Shown: positions 46,557 to 56,379 of the stretch, one piece after another
Numbering within the stretch: the stretch's first letter is position 1
Layout: each line of letters begins with the position of its first letter
Assembly (NCBI GenBank): GCA_964490125.1
Contig: CAZBAJ010000003.1
Coordinates: forward strand, 33,941 to 97,940
Reading direction: 5' to 3'
Source: an uncultured Candidatus Saccharibacteria bacterium
GTDB lineage: Bacteria; Patescibacteriota; WWE3; UBA101185; UBA10185
DNA: 64,000 nucleotides
Notes under the pieces: generated by a model
Told to the model about the DNA's origin: nothing
Seen by the model: the letters and a program-made list of their open reading frames with translations, nothing else
Database searches by the model: none
Program-made: the position numbers and the translations under genes

Positions 46557-47777
46557 ATGTCGTCAAACAAAATAAAAGTAGCGGTGGGGCTTAGCGGAGG
46601 CGTGGATTCGGCAGTTTCCGCCTACCTACTTAAATCTCAAGGTTACGATGTTACCGGCGTTCACATGCAATGCTGGGATTATTCCGACGAAACCTGCAAA
46701 GGCAACGAAGACCGCAGTGACGCGGTGGCAATTTGTGGTCAGCTGGATATTAAGTTTAAGTTTTTGAATTTTGAAAAAGAGTACAAAAGCAAGGTGATTG
46801 ACTATTTTTATGCGGAGTATAAGGCTGGGCGCACACCTAATCCGGATGTTTTGTGTAACAAGGAAATTAAGTTTGGACTTTTTTTGGACTGGGTGATGCG
46901 GGAAGGTTTTGACTTTGTGGCGACGGGGCATTATGCAAGAATAGAAAGCGCATTTGAGGAGGATGGCACGGCAATTCGAGGAGTCGGGCATCCCCCGCCA
47001 GTGGCGGGGGATCGGGACCCGCGACGAGAATGTCGTGCCATCCGACAAACACCGCAGTCGTACAGATTGCTCAAAGGCGTCGACGACAGCAAGGATCAGT
47101 CGTACTTTTTATACCGCCTGACCCAAAGTCAACTGGCAAAAACACTTTTCCCCATTGGCGCAATGAAAAAAAGCGAGGTTAGGAAAATTGCCAAAGAGCA
47201 AAAATTAGTGGTGGCGGAGAAAGCGGAAAGCATGGGGATTTGTTTTGTGGGCGAGGTGGACATCAACAAGTTTTTAAAAAAGCAGATTGAGCCAAAAGCG
47301 GGCGAAGTTATTTTAAAATCCACTGGGGAGACAATTGGTCGACATGAAGGAGTTTGGTTTTACACCATCGGTCAGCGCCACGGGTTTGAGGTGACCAAAT
47401 ATGTAGGTTTGCCGTTGTATGTGGTGGGTAAAAATATTGACCAGAACCAGTTAATTGTTGGCTATTACAACGACTGCTTGCGCGATGGGTTTGATGTCGA
47501 CGATGTTTTTTTTATATCGGAAGGCACGGCGCCAGCTTTTCAAATTCACGGTGTGGAGAACAAGCTCGGATTAGGTTTGGATAGCGAGGTAATTTCTTCC
47601 TTTGACTGCGATGTTCGTATAAGGCACTTGGGTCAACTATACAAGGCTAGGGTTACAAAATCGACAGCGAGTTCATTGCAGATACGACTTGAAGAATCCG
47701 CCTTTGGCGTTGCTCCAGGCCAATCCGCCGTTTTCTACCAGGGTGATGTGGTTTTAGGTGGCGGTGTAATAGTTTAG
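46557..47777 (+). CDS. mnmA: tRNA-specific 2-thiouridylase MnmA
   Basis: PP-loop 'VGLSGGVDSAV' and 'KDQSYFLY', with the C-terminal domain ending 'PGQSAVFYQGDVVLGGGVI'. Start chosen at 46557 (MSSNKIKVAVGL); the longer ORF starts at 46533. It contains a 25-codon in-frame element (46965-47039). Confidence 0.85.
   Translation: MSSNKIKVAVGLSGGVDSAVSAYLLKSQGYDVTGVHMQCWDYSDETCKGNEDRSDAVAICGQLDIKFKFLNFEKEYKSKVIDYFYAEYKAGRTPNPDVLCNKEIKFGLFLDWVMREGFDFVATGHYARIESAFEEDGTAIRGVGHPPPVAGDRDPRRECRAIRQTPQSYRLLKGVDDSKDQSYFLYRLTQSQLAKTLFPIGAMKKSEVRKIAKEQKLVVAEKAESMGICFVGEVDINKFLKKQIEPKAGEVILKSTGETIGRHEGVWFYTIGQRHGFEVTKYVGLPLYVVGKNIDQNQLIVGYYNDCLRDGFDVDDVFFISEGTAPAFQIHGVENKLGLGLDSEVISSFDCDVRIRHLGQLYKARVTKSTASSLQIRLEESAFGVAPGQSAVFYQGDVVLGGGVIV
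46965..47039. repeat. GC-rich palindromic mini-element, copy inserted in frame in mnmA (25 codons)
   Basis: ggcacggca-attcgaggagtcgggcatcccccgccagtggcgggggatcgggacccgcgacga-gaatgtcgtgcc. It shares 'att[tc]gaggagtcgggc' and 'gggacccgcgacga' with the intergenic copy and encodes GTAIRGVGHPPPVAGDRDPRRECRA, which lies in a region that is about 10 aa long in E. coli MnmA. Confidence 0.6.
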
Positions 47778-47862
47778 CGCGGTTTTTTTGATCTATCCCT
47801 CAAAGGCTATTTTCTATCGTATTGCAATTGAATTGCATTTGCAATCTATATGCAATACAGGG

Positions 47863-50274
47863 TCAGAAGGTGTTTGCGATCGTAAAAACGCTACCTTCCA
47901 GTTTAATCTCGTCCTTAAAAAGCCCAAGCGTGTCTACTTTTAACAAGTGCGAGTCTTGCGTGGGTTCCCAATTTTCCGCCAAATCTACGGAGCGGTAAAG
48001 CACGGCAAAGATTCCCTCTTTTACAATTTGGGTTTGGGTTAAATACTCTTCCCAGGAATCTCCGCCGTCTAAAGAAAAAAAGGTTTTTGCTACGCCCGAC
48101 CCGCCTTCTCCGTCCGTGGCGCTCAATTCTATAAAAGGACTTTGGGTGTACCAACCGTCGGTCTGGTTTCCGCTAATACTTATAATGGTTGACGGGGGAT
48201 CTGGGTCAATTTTGTCCCCAAAAACCGCGAATTCACTTAAATGATTAGTAAAACCTGTGATTTTCTTAGTCGATTCGTCCCACACCGAAGCAATTTCTTC
48301 CCAAAATTGGTTTTCTGCGTTAAAGTACAAAATTTTCAGGCTTGACGGGATAATGGCGGACAAATTTAGTTGTGACAAATCAAAAGAAATGTCTATCAAG
48401 TTAGCAAACGATGTTACTGCATCACCCAAATTGTCATAGGCGGTAAACTTTGTGACGGTGCCTTGGATGTAGCTATTAACCACATCTGCCAGTTCCACAT
48501 TAGCTTTAGTGGATTTTTGGGCTTTTAGGGTAATATTTTTGTCCAAAGCTTCGGCCGGAATTGTTATAGAAACCTTATCTGCGGAAACCGTCCCCCCACC
48601 GTCGTCCAAATACTGGGAATTTACCTCCAAAAATTCTTTCCATAAATAATAGCTTTCCGCGCCTGTGTGGTCGCCCAGATCGTCCGTCCAGCTATAAACT
48701 TCCCACGGATCTTCCGACCGTTCGTCCTGCCAGGAATACGGATCAATCCGCCCGTCAGGGACATCGTCCGTAAAGTCGCCGTTTAAATTTTTGTCGTACC
48801 GCACCCCAAAATGCAAATGCGGTCCTGTGGTGTTACCTGTAAGTCCAACCAACCCAACCTGCTGGTTCTTGTCAATCCATTTAGGTTCTTTATCTTTAGA
48901 AGTTACAAACAAGCCCTCTTTTTGAAAATGCAAATACTGCGTTTGATAGCCGTTTTGGTGGTCTATTTTAATAGTATGACCGCCTCCGGCTGAATACGAG
49001 TACGATGCGTAACCGGAAGCCGGGGCTAAAATGGGCGTGCCGTATTTGAGTCCAAAGTCTACTCCGTCGTGGCTGGAATAGTACAGTTGGGGGGTTTTTT
49101 CTTTGTCGCCCCAAAAATTTACCGTGGTATTAGCCTCTTTTGTCGGTTCGCTTTTGTAAGGGTAGGCAAGCAGGGGGTAGGCGTGGTCAAAATACGAGGT
49201 TATAGTGTCTGTTTGGTCGCTCATGGCGTCCCGCGCCCACAATTTGTCCAAAAAAGATTGGGTTTTTGGCACATACGGCGGGACTTTATACCGGAACAAG
49301 CCTGTGCCTGGGCTGGTGGCAAAAATGTAGCCTGGTTCTGCTACAAGGTAGGCAAGTTCGCGGATATAATTTACAAGTTCGTCCGAAGGGTTTTCATCCT
49401 CCCAGGTCACGCCTTTGTCGCGCGACTTTAGAACATTGTAATAGCCGGTGTTGTTGCTGTGGGAAGACGCGTAAAACACGCCATTATAATAGGTAGTAGC
49501 GTAGCATGGATTGGGACTCCAGTTAGGTATTGGGTAAAAGGTTTCCCCATTGTCGGTTGACCTATAAAGTCCTGCTGTGGTGTCACTGCAAGCCAGCCAC
49601 ACGTTGTTGTTGACGGCAAGTCCCAGTAGATAGCCCGGTACTGCGGTAAATAGTCCCCAAGTATTACCGCAGTCGTAAGAAATGTAAGAATTATAGTAAT
49701 TAGAAACTACCACGGCGTCGTCCGCCACATTTACCCTTAAATAGTCACCACTAGAGCCAAAAATGTCTTTGTTTTGATTCCATGTCTGTCCACCGTCGTC
49801 AGAAACCCAAAGTCCGTGGCTATAAGTGCCTAAAATTATATTGTTCCCGCAGGTAGCAACGCTTGCCGTAGAGCAATCGGGACCAATGTGTACCCAGGTT
49901 GACCCCTTGTCGCTTGATTTATACAATCCCGGCGCTTCACTTACGCCCCAATAATAAACTGTGGCATATAAATTCCCATCGTCGTCAAAAGCAATATCCG
50001 TTACACCCCGGTCAAAAAGTCCGCTTTCTTGCCAGGTTTGGCCTAAGTCGCGCGAGAAAAAAACACCGTTGTAAGGAAAAGAACTCCAATTACTGTTAAA
50101 CTCGCCCGCGTAAAGTCCCCACGGGGTTATTTCCGTAGTGTAAAAAGCCTTTGGACTGGCAAGCAGTTCCCAAGCGTCATTCTCCTGATTTATGGTTAAC
50201 GCATAGGTTTTTGCTGTCAATAAAGCCATGTTTATTAAAGCAATCAAAACCAAAGTCGACCAGATTTTTTTCAT
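47863..50274 (-). CDS. Secreted BNR/Asp-box repeat protein fused to an M23 (LytM-type) peptidase domain
   Basis: Signal peptide. Multiple S-x-D-x-G-x-T-W Asp-box repeats ('SRDLGQTWQE', 'SSDKGSTWVH', 'SDDGGQTWNQ', 'SYDCGNTWGL', 'STDNGETFYP', 'SRDKGVTWED'). M23 signature 'GNTTGPHLHFGVRY'. 803 aa. Confidence 0.65.
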   Translation of the reverse strand: MKKIWSTLVLIALINMALLTAKTYALTINQENDAWELLASPKAFYTTEITPWGLYAGEFNSNWSSFPYNGVFFSRDLGQTWQESGLFDRGVTDIAFDDDGNLYATVYYWGVSEAPGLYKSSDKGSTWVHIGPDCSTASVATCGNNIILGTYSHGLWVSDDGGQTWNQNKDIFGSSGDYLRVNVADDAVVVSNYYNSYISYDCGNTWGLFTAVPGYLLGLAVNNNVWLACSDTTAGLYRSTDNGETFYPIPNWSPNPCYATTYYNGVFYASSHSNNTGYYNVLKSRDKGVTWEDENPSDELVNYIRELAYLVAEPGYIFATSPGTGLFRYKVPPYVPKTQSFLDKLWARDAMSDQTDTITSYFDHAYPLLAYPYKSEPTKEANTTVNFWGDKEKTPQLYYSSHDGVDFGLKYGTPILAPASGYASYSYSAGGGHTIKIDHQNGYQTQYLHFQKEGLFVTSKDKEPKWIDKNQQVGLVGLTGNTTGPHLHFGVRYDKNLNGDFTDDVPDGRIDPYSWQDERSEDPWEVYSWTDDLGDHTGAESYYLWKEFLEVNSQYLDDGGGTVSADKVSITIPAEALDKNITLKAQKSTKANVELADVVNSYIQGTVTKFTAYDNLGDAVTSFANLIDISFDLSQLNLSAIIPSSLKILYFNAENQFWEEIASVWDESTKKITGFTNHLSEFAVFGDKIDPDPPSTIISISGNQTDGWYTQSPFIELSATDGEGGSGVAKTFFSLDGGDSWEEYLTQTQIVKEGIFAVLYRSVDLAENWEPTQDSHLLKVDTLGLFKDEIKLEGSVFTIANTF

Positions 50275-50362
50275 GCCCCAAGGATGCCAGAAAAAAGTTT
50301 AAATACAATAGAGTTCTCTCTAATCAGAATAGAATTTTGACATTTAATTTGGGTAGTTTACA

Positions 50363-51694
50363 ATGGCAAACATGGTTTCTATGTCGGACTTACAATATAA
50401 AAACCCCAGTCTGCGGAAAGCCCAGCTTGAAGGCATTCTCTATTATTTCAAGAATTTGCCGTCACTACGGTCTTCTCAATTGGTGGCGCTTACTGGTTTG
50501 CCCAAGGAAACTTTGCGGACTTTTAAGTCGTCCATAAAAGAGTTTTTAGAGCCTGCTGACGGGGATAATTTGGTGTTAAACGACTTGGGGAGGCATTTTG
50601 TCGCCCAAAACGCTTGTCCGCCCTATAAATGGTCTTTGGTAGAGTATAGCGACAAGGAGTTGGAGGCTAAATTAGAGCTGGTAAGATCCTCCACGCGTCT
50701 CGCCAGTGAGCCAAAGAGGCAATACGACCAATTTTTTGCCTCAATTCAAAGTTCCGTCGCTAAGGCGTTGGTGGTAAAAGATAAGGGTTTGCTCACAGAC
50801 AAAGCCAAAATTGCGCTACTTGGTGACGATGATTTAGTCAGCCTTGTTTTAGCCCTTGTCAACCCTAACTTGGAAATTACTGTTTTTGAAATTGACAAAG
50901 ACATTAGCAACACAATTAGCGCTGGCATGGATTTATTGGGTATCAAAAATATCCAATTAGTTTTGTACGACGCTAGAAACGGCCTAGAAAAGCATTTTGC
51001 AGATAAATTTGATGTCGTTCTAACCGATCCGCCTTACACCAAGTCCGGTTTTGCCCTTTTTTTAAAGCGCGCAGTAGAACTTGCTGGTTATGATGCTCAC
51101 AAACAGCAGGCCAAGTACATTTTTATCCATTACGGCGCGTCTTTTAAGTCGCCAGAAAAATTTTTAAAAGTGCAGGAAGTTATAAACCGGTTTGGACTTT
51201 GGCAAGAGGATGTTTTGTACAATTTTGCCCGTTATTACGGTGCGGAATCTATTGGCAACGCTAGCTCGTTATATATTTTGCAGACGACTCCGCACGCCAA
51301 TGCCCAAGCGGTGCTGTCGCCCCAAACCATTTACACCTTTGAAGCCCAACAAGAGGAAAAGTTTCCTTATGTCGACCATTTTGTACTCAAACTTAACAAG
51401 GTACCCGTTAGTATAATAGATTCCAAAAAACAGCTCCAAAAATTGGCGGGGGAGTTTTGCAACATCCACAAACTTAATGTGGTTCAGTCGGAAATTTACA
51501 AATTTAAGCCCCACGGCTATTCGTTAACTTTTATTTTGTCCAACAGTAATTTGTTAATTCACACTTGGCCGGAATACGGGGCAATTCATGTGGACTTAAT
51601 AACCTGTGTTCCTCTTTTTAACAAGCAAATTTTGGGCGATACTTTCAGTCGCTTGTTCCAAACCCAGTCAATTGAACTTACGCAGGTTGAATAA
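50363..51694 (+). CDS. Fusion of a DUF43/BpsA-like aminopropyltransferase (branched-polyamine synthase-like) with a SpeH-type pyruvoyl S-adenosylmethionine decarboxylase
   Basis: The N-terminal domain carries 'LLGDDDLVSL' and 'VLTDPPYT' (BpsA/DUF43-like). The C-terminal roughly 120 aa carry 'LSNSNLLIHTWPEYGAIHVDLITC', which matches the SpeH/SpeD '(E)SH..iHTWPE...D.F.C' proenzyme motif. Confidence 0.5.
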   Translation: MANMVSMSDLQYKNPSLRKAQLEGILYYFKNLPSLRSSQLVALTGLPKETLRTFKSSIKEFLEPADGDNLVLNDLGRHFVAQNACPPYKWSLVEYSDKELEAKLELVRSSTRLASEPKRQYDQFFASIQSSVAKALVVKDKGLLTDKAKIALLGDDDLVSLVLALVNPNLEITVFEIDKDISNTISAGMDLLGIKNIQLVLYDARNGLEKHFADKFDVVLTDPPYTKSGFALFLKRAVELAGYDAHKQQAKYIFIHYGASFKSPEKFLKVQEVINRFGLWQEDVLYNFARYYGAESIGNASSLYILQTTPHANAQAVLSPQTIYTFEAQQEEKFPYVDHFVLKLNKVPVSIIDSKKQLQKLAGEFCNIHKLNVVQSEIYKFKPHGYSLTFILSNSNLLIHTWPEYGAIHVDLITCVPLFNKQILGDTFSRLFQTQSIELTQVE

Positions 51695-51774
51695 TTAAAT
51701 GACCTCATTTTCCTTAGTTGATCAATGTGGTAAATTGACGGCACTGAAATTGGCGCCGTTTTGAATAGTAGTCC

Positions 51775-52416
51775 TTAGACTGCGTTCCGGGTTAGACCGT
51801 GATAGAAACGGCGTATATTTTTATAGATAGACCTCTTCATCCCCTCTGTTTTCGTTGTATTGTTGATACTTCTTCCCGTTTCGTATTCGTATACGAGTCC
51901 AGAAACCATGTCTGCAACTTGAATCAACTCGTCGTTTTTGGAATTACTGTACCTTATTTCAAGTTGAGCATCGGATGATTTATCTTTAACAGCTCTTTTT
52001 ATATCCATTAAGTATTTTTTACTACCTTTACCGTCTATGACTATGTGAAATGCAAAAGAACCAGTTGGTAAAGTTTTCCTTATTTGAGCGAAAAGATAGC
52101 CTAAATACTTTCCGTAACTGGTATTAGGATCGTTAGGTTTTTTATTTACCACTAAAGCAAAAGCTTGGCATTCCACATGTTTCAGATTTCCAAAGAAAGC
52201 TTCCTTATATAAACCCCGCGTTTTCTGATACTTAAATTCATAACTTCCCGGAATTTTGAGATGTTTCTTGAGTGTTTGTATTTTTTCTACTGCCAGCATA
52301 GTGGAGATTTTGTCAGAAAAGTAAATTGCAGACATAACAAAAACTTTAGAAGCTCCTCGCCTTGTAATAGAGCCGATGTCGCCAGACTCGTCAATAAAAA
52401 GGTATTGTTTTACCAT
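51775..52416 (-). CDS. DUF3800-family protein
   Basis: N-terminal 'YLFIDESGD' and C-terminal 'LIQVADMVSG' are the hallmark motifs of DUF3800. Confidence 0.6.
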   Translation of the reverse strand: MVKQYLFIDESGDIGSITRRGASKVFVMSAIYFSDKISTMLAVEKIQTLKKHLKIPGSYEFKYQKTRGLYKEAFFGNLKHVECQAFALVVNKKPNDPNTSYGKYLGYLFAQIRKTLPTGSFAFHIVIDGKGSKKYLMDIKRAVKDKSSDAQLEIRYSNSKNDELIQVADMVSGLVYEYETGRSINNTTKTEGMKRSIYKNIRRFYHGLTRNAV

Positions 52417-52568
52417 AATTAGGAAATTGAGCAGGGGAGCAGGTTACAAAACATATTAGCAGAATTATTTCTGATTTCAACAGGCGCAACCCTTGAGGGT
52501 TAATGAGGATACCAAATAGGTTTTTCGCCGTCACAACAACTAATAATTTGAGGTCACAAATTGTGACC

Positions 52569-53201
52569 TCAAGTTGTTACTGAAGCAGAAACTATTTTTT
52601 CCAATAAGTAAAGATACTCTACATTCTTGCCCTTGGCGCCTAAAATGGGCGACTTAACGGAGTCGACAACAGAAAAGCCCGCGGCTAAAACATCCTTGGT
52701 AACCTTTTGAAGAAGTGCTTGGACGGTTGCATCCTGTTCCAGATCGGGGTTGCCCGTTTTGGGATAGTTTAAATCCAGCCTCTTCGACCACTTTACCTGT
52801 CGGCTATTTCCCCCTGCCTCAAAACTTAGTTTGACTAAAGAAATTACCCGCCCACCGTCCTTTAAATTCTTAGAAGCTGACGGCAGGATAACCGATTGTT
52901 TTGTCCACCCCGCGTCAATAGTAATAAGATCTACTTTTTCCGGAAGTTCCACATACACCGCGTTGGTTTTTTCCATGACCACCACCCGCCCGTCGTTCCG
53001 CAGTTTCCAGTCCAAAAGCCCGTAACCCGTTTCCACCGCGTAAACCTTTTTAGCCCCGTTCTGCAGCAGGCAATCCACAAATCCTCCGGTTGACGACCCG
53101 AAGTCCGCGCAAATCAAGTCGTTTACCTCCACATTGAAGGACTTTAAGGCAAACTCTAGTTTTTCCCCCGCCCGGCTGGCATACTTTTGTTTCTGCATCA
53201 C
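52569..53201 (-). CDS. tlyA: TlyA-family rRNA 2'-O-methyltransferase (FtsJ-like)
   Basis: 'YASRAGEKLEFAL' and 'CADFGSSTGGFVDCLLQNGAKKVYAVETG' resemble the TlyA/FtsJ SAM-binding region. No S4 domain (short form). Confidence 0.65.
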   Translation of the reverse strand: MMQKQKYASRAGEKLEFALKSFNVEVNDLICADFGSSTGGFVDCLLQNGAKKVYAVETGYGLLDWKLRNDGRVVVMEKTNAVYVELPEKVDLITIDAGWTKQSVILPSASKNLKDGGRVISLVKLSFEAGGNSRQVKWSKRLDLNYPKTGNPDLEQDATVQALLQKVTKDVLAAGFSVVDSVKSPILGAKGKNVEYLYLLEKIVSASVTT

Positions 53202-53223
53202 ACTATTTTAGCATTTACCGCTG

Positions 53224-53252
53224 TTGACACAGACGCTTTAGTTTGCTATGGT
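53224..53252 (+). promoter_or_regulatory. Candidate sigma70-type promoter for the 16S rRNA gene
   Basis: TTGACA at 53224-53229, a 17 nt spacer, then TATGGT at 53247-53252. It lies about 190 nt upstream of the 16S 5' end. Confidence 0.35.
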
Positions 53253-54154
53253 GTCGTTTGTCCCCTGATTCTATTGTCGTACTATTACTACACAGGCAGG
53301 GCGTCAGCTCTTTGAAAAATTGTGGAAGAAAGTATAGGTAAGAAGACCTTTCTACTTTAAAGTCGTACAACAAGGTACCAGCAAAAAACGCTGATACCGT
53401 GGTCAAAAGACAAGTTCAAAAGTTGAAAGGCAAAAAGAATGTTTCTTTGAGAATTTGATCCTAGTTCAGGACGAACGCTAGCGGCGTGCCTAAGGTATGC
53501 AAGTCGAACGGTTTAATTGTCGCAAGATAGTTGGATAGTGGCGAACGGCTGAGTAACACACAGGAATCTACCCATAAGTAGAGGATAGTCTGCCGAAAGG
53601 CAGGGTAATACTCTATGTGGTCGCAAGACTAAAGCAGCAATGCGCTTAAGGATGAGCCTATGGCCTATCAGGTAGTTGGTGGGGTAATTGCCTACCAAGC
53701 CTATGACGGGTAGCCGGTCTGAGAGGACGAACGGCCAGAGGGGGACTGAGACACGGCCCTCACTCCTACGGGAGGCAGCAATTGGGAATTTTGCACAATG
53801 GACGAAAGTCTGATGCAGCGACGCCGCGTGAAGGATGACGGCCTTCGGGTTGTAAACTTCGATAAAGCACCGGCAAACTACGTGCCAGCAGCAGCGGTCA
53901 TACGTAGGGTGCAAGCGTTGTCCGGATTTACTGGGCGTAAAGAGTTCTGTAGGCGGTTGCGTAAGTTACAAGTTAAATCTTTGGGCTCAACCCAAAAACT
54001 GCTTTTAATACTGCGCGACTAGAGACATCTAGGGGACAGCGGAACTTATGGTGGAGCAGTGAAATGCGTTGATATCATAGGGAACACCAAGGGGGTAGCC
54101 AGCTGTCTGGGGATGTACTGACGCTGAGAGACGAAAGCGTGGGGAGTAAAACGG

Positions 54155-55192
54155 ATAGTAGTCTGGTCCCTCCTTTAAGGTGACTTTTAGGAGAAAAATT
54201 CGGCTATATGCTGGGACACCCGTACCACAATTAAGGGAAATATGTGGTTGACACCAAAATGTCGTAAAAGTATCTTGAACTACTAAACATATTCGGGTAA
54301 AATTCGTATATGTTCAGTGAAAATGTTTCAAGTGCGGACAATCAGCAGGAAAGACTGGGAACAAAAGTTCCCGGAATCCTCAGAGACTGTACGCCGAATG
54401 TCTCGGGTTCTTTTGGTTTACCTTCCTTATTGGGTCTACTTTATACTGATGGCTGTCTTTCAGCCAAAGGTAAAAGTTGGCGTTTATTCTTTGCCGTCAA
54501 GTCGTACAAACTGGTATGCGTGTTTGAAGAATGCGTCTATCGGTTGTTTAATGTCGACAAGGGCAGAGTGAGGGTAGCTAGAACAAAAGATGATTTATGG
54601 AGAGCGGTTGTAGACTCTAAAGAAATTGGAAACTACTTAACAAAAAACTTTGGTTGTTTTAGAACAGCAAAGTTTAAAGACGGTTCCTTACCGGGAATCA
54701 GGTTACCATTAACCTATCTTAGGCAATGTAACGGTATTAGAGAATTTTTGTCGTCCGCATTTAGTTGCGACGGCGGAGTTTCTTTTTATCCAGTTTACAG
54801 AACCGGTAGGTTTGGTGGAACTAGGTGGTTTAACAGAAATGTTTTTTTGGCGTGTATGCACCCTATGTTACTTAATGACTACAGTTTTTTGCTAAATTCA
54901 TTGGGTATAAAGGGGTCTGTGCTAAACGACAGGATAAAGATTTCTTCTAGAGAAGATATGTCCAACTTCCAGCGTGAAGTGGATTTTATCAAAGGTGTTG
55001 AGGTTACTAATCATTCCAAACTATGGAGAGGTTTAGATAAGTCAACACTATTAACATACGCTATAAATTCATATACAAACCGAGATAATGGTATAGCCCG
55101 ATCTCTATAGCGATATAGAGAGTTAGTGATAGTGTACTAACCTTTTGTCCTAATTAAAGAGTGACAAAAGCAACAAGCAGAAATATTACAAT
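54155..55192 (+). mobile_element. Intervening sequence or intron within the 16S gene (at the 'GGATTAGATACCC' ~785-800 region), carrying a homing-endonuclease ORF
   Basis: About 1036 nt absent from the canonical 16S alignment. The boundaries are ambiguous by 1-2 nt because 'at' is shared at the junction. Class (group I, other, or unspliced IVS) was not determined. Confidence 0.6.
54310..55110 (+). CDS. LAGLIDADG homing endonuclease (double-motif)
   Basis: Motif 1 'LLGLLYTDGCLS' and motif 2 'FLSSAFSCDGGVSF', about 100 aa apart, inside the 16S intervening sequence. 266 aa. Confidence 0.7.
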   Translation: MFSENVSSADNQQERLGTKVPGILRDCTPNVSGSFGLPSLLGLLYTDGCLSAKGKSWRLFFAVKSYKLVCVFEECVYRLFNVDKGRVRVARTKDDLWRAVVDSKEIGNYLTKNFGCFRTAKFKDGSLPGIRLPLTYLRQCNGIREFLSSAFSCDGGVSFYPVYRTGRFGGTRWFNRNVFLACMHPMLLNDYSFLLNSLGIKGSVLNDRIKISSREDMSNFQREVDFIKGVEVTNHSKLWRGLDKSTLLTYAINSYTNRDNGIARSL

Positions 55193-55683
55193 GTAGATAC
55201 CCGTGTAATCCACGCCGTAAACCATGCCTGCTAGATACCCGATTTATTTTAGGTGTCGAAGCTAACGCGTTAAGCAGGCCGCCTGGGGAGTACGGTCGCA
55301 AGGCTAAAACTCAAAGGAATTGGCGGGGTCCCGCACAAGCGGTGGAGCATGCTCTTCAATTGGCTGCTAACCCAAGAACCTTACCCAGACTTGACATGCA
55401 AGAGTTCTATGCCGGTGAAAGCCGGCAAATCCGCAAGGAGGCTTGCACAGGTGTTGCATGGCTGTCGTCAGCTCGTATCGTGAGACGTACCCTTAAGTGG
55501 GCTAACGAGCGCAACCCCTACCGTTAGTTGTATCACTCTAGCGGAACTGCCCTGGTAACAGGGAGGAAGGCGGGGACGACGTCAAGTCAGGATTGCCTTT
55601 ATGTCTGGGGCTAGAAGCATGCTACAATGGCGCGTACAGCGAGAAGCAAGATCGTGAGGTTGAGCAAATCTCTTAAAACGCGT

Positions 55684-55722
<39 letters not shown>

Positions 55723-56227
55723 TTGGAATCGCTAGTAATCGGCGGTCAGCTATACGCCGGTGAATACGTTCTCGGGTCTTGCACACACCGCCCGTCACGC
55801 CAGCAAAGCTGGGGCTACCCTAAATCTCTGCATTAGTAGGGCTCACGGTAGAACCAGTGATGAGGGTGAAGTCGTAACAAGGTAGCCGTAGGGGAATCTG
55901 CGGCTGGATCACCTCCTTTCTAGGGAGAAACTTTAGCCAGTGAAAAATCGGATACTTTAATGACCAAGCGTCAAGCGAGTCCGTCTTTGAATCTGGCGCC
56001 GTCTGACCAAGAAACTCATAAGTCAAACGCGTAACCTCCATAACTCACGGAGGGTTGGGTAAGTTTTAAGGTAAGCTTCAAACCTTTAAATGAGCATTCT
56101 TTTTGCCTTTCTTCCTTTGAACAATTAAATTTAGGACGACTTTTTGGGCGACAAATTAGGAGTTTGACGATTTTATCTGTTGATATGTCGCACGATTTGT
56201 CCACTTTGTGCGATTTAACGGTGTTAA

Positions 56228-56304
<77 letters not shown>

Positions 56305-56379
56305 GTACAACCGTTCCAAGGTGTCGGTATTATATCCTAGATTATAGAAGCCCACAATCTTTTGTGATAGTGTTGTTTT

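Noticed and set aside
53513-54022. ORFs 53513-53914 (-) and 53798-54022 (+) inside the 16S gene
   Set aside because: They lie entirely within conserved 16S rRNA sequence and are chance ORFs in a structural RNA.
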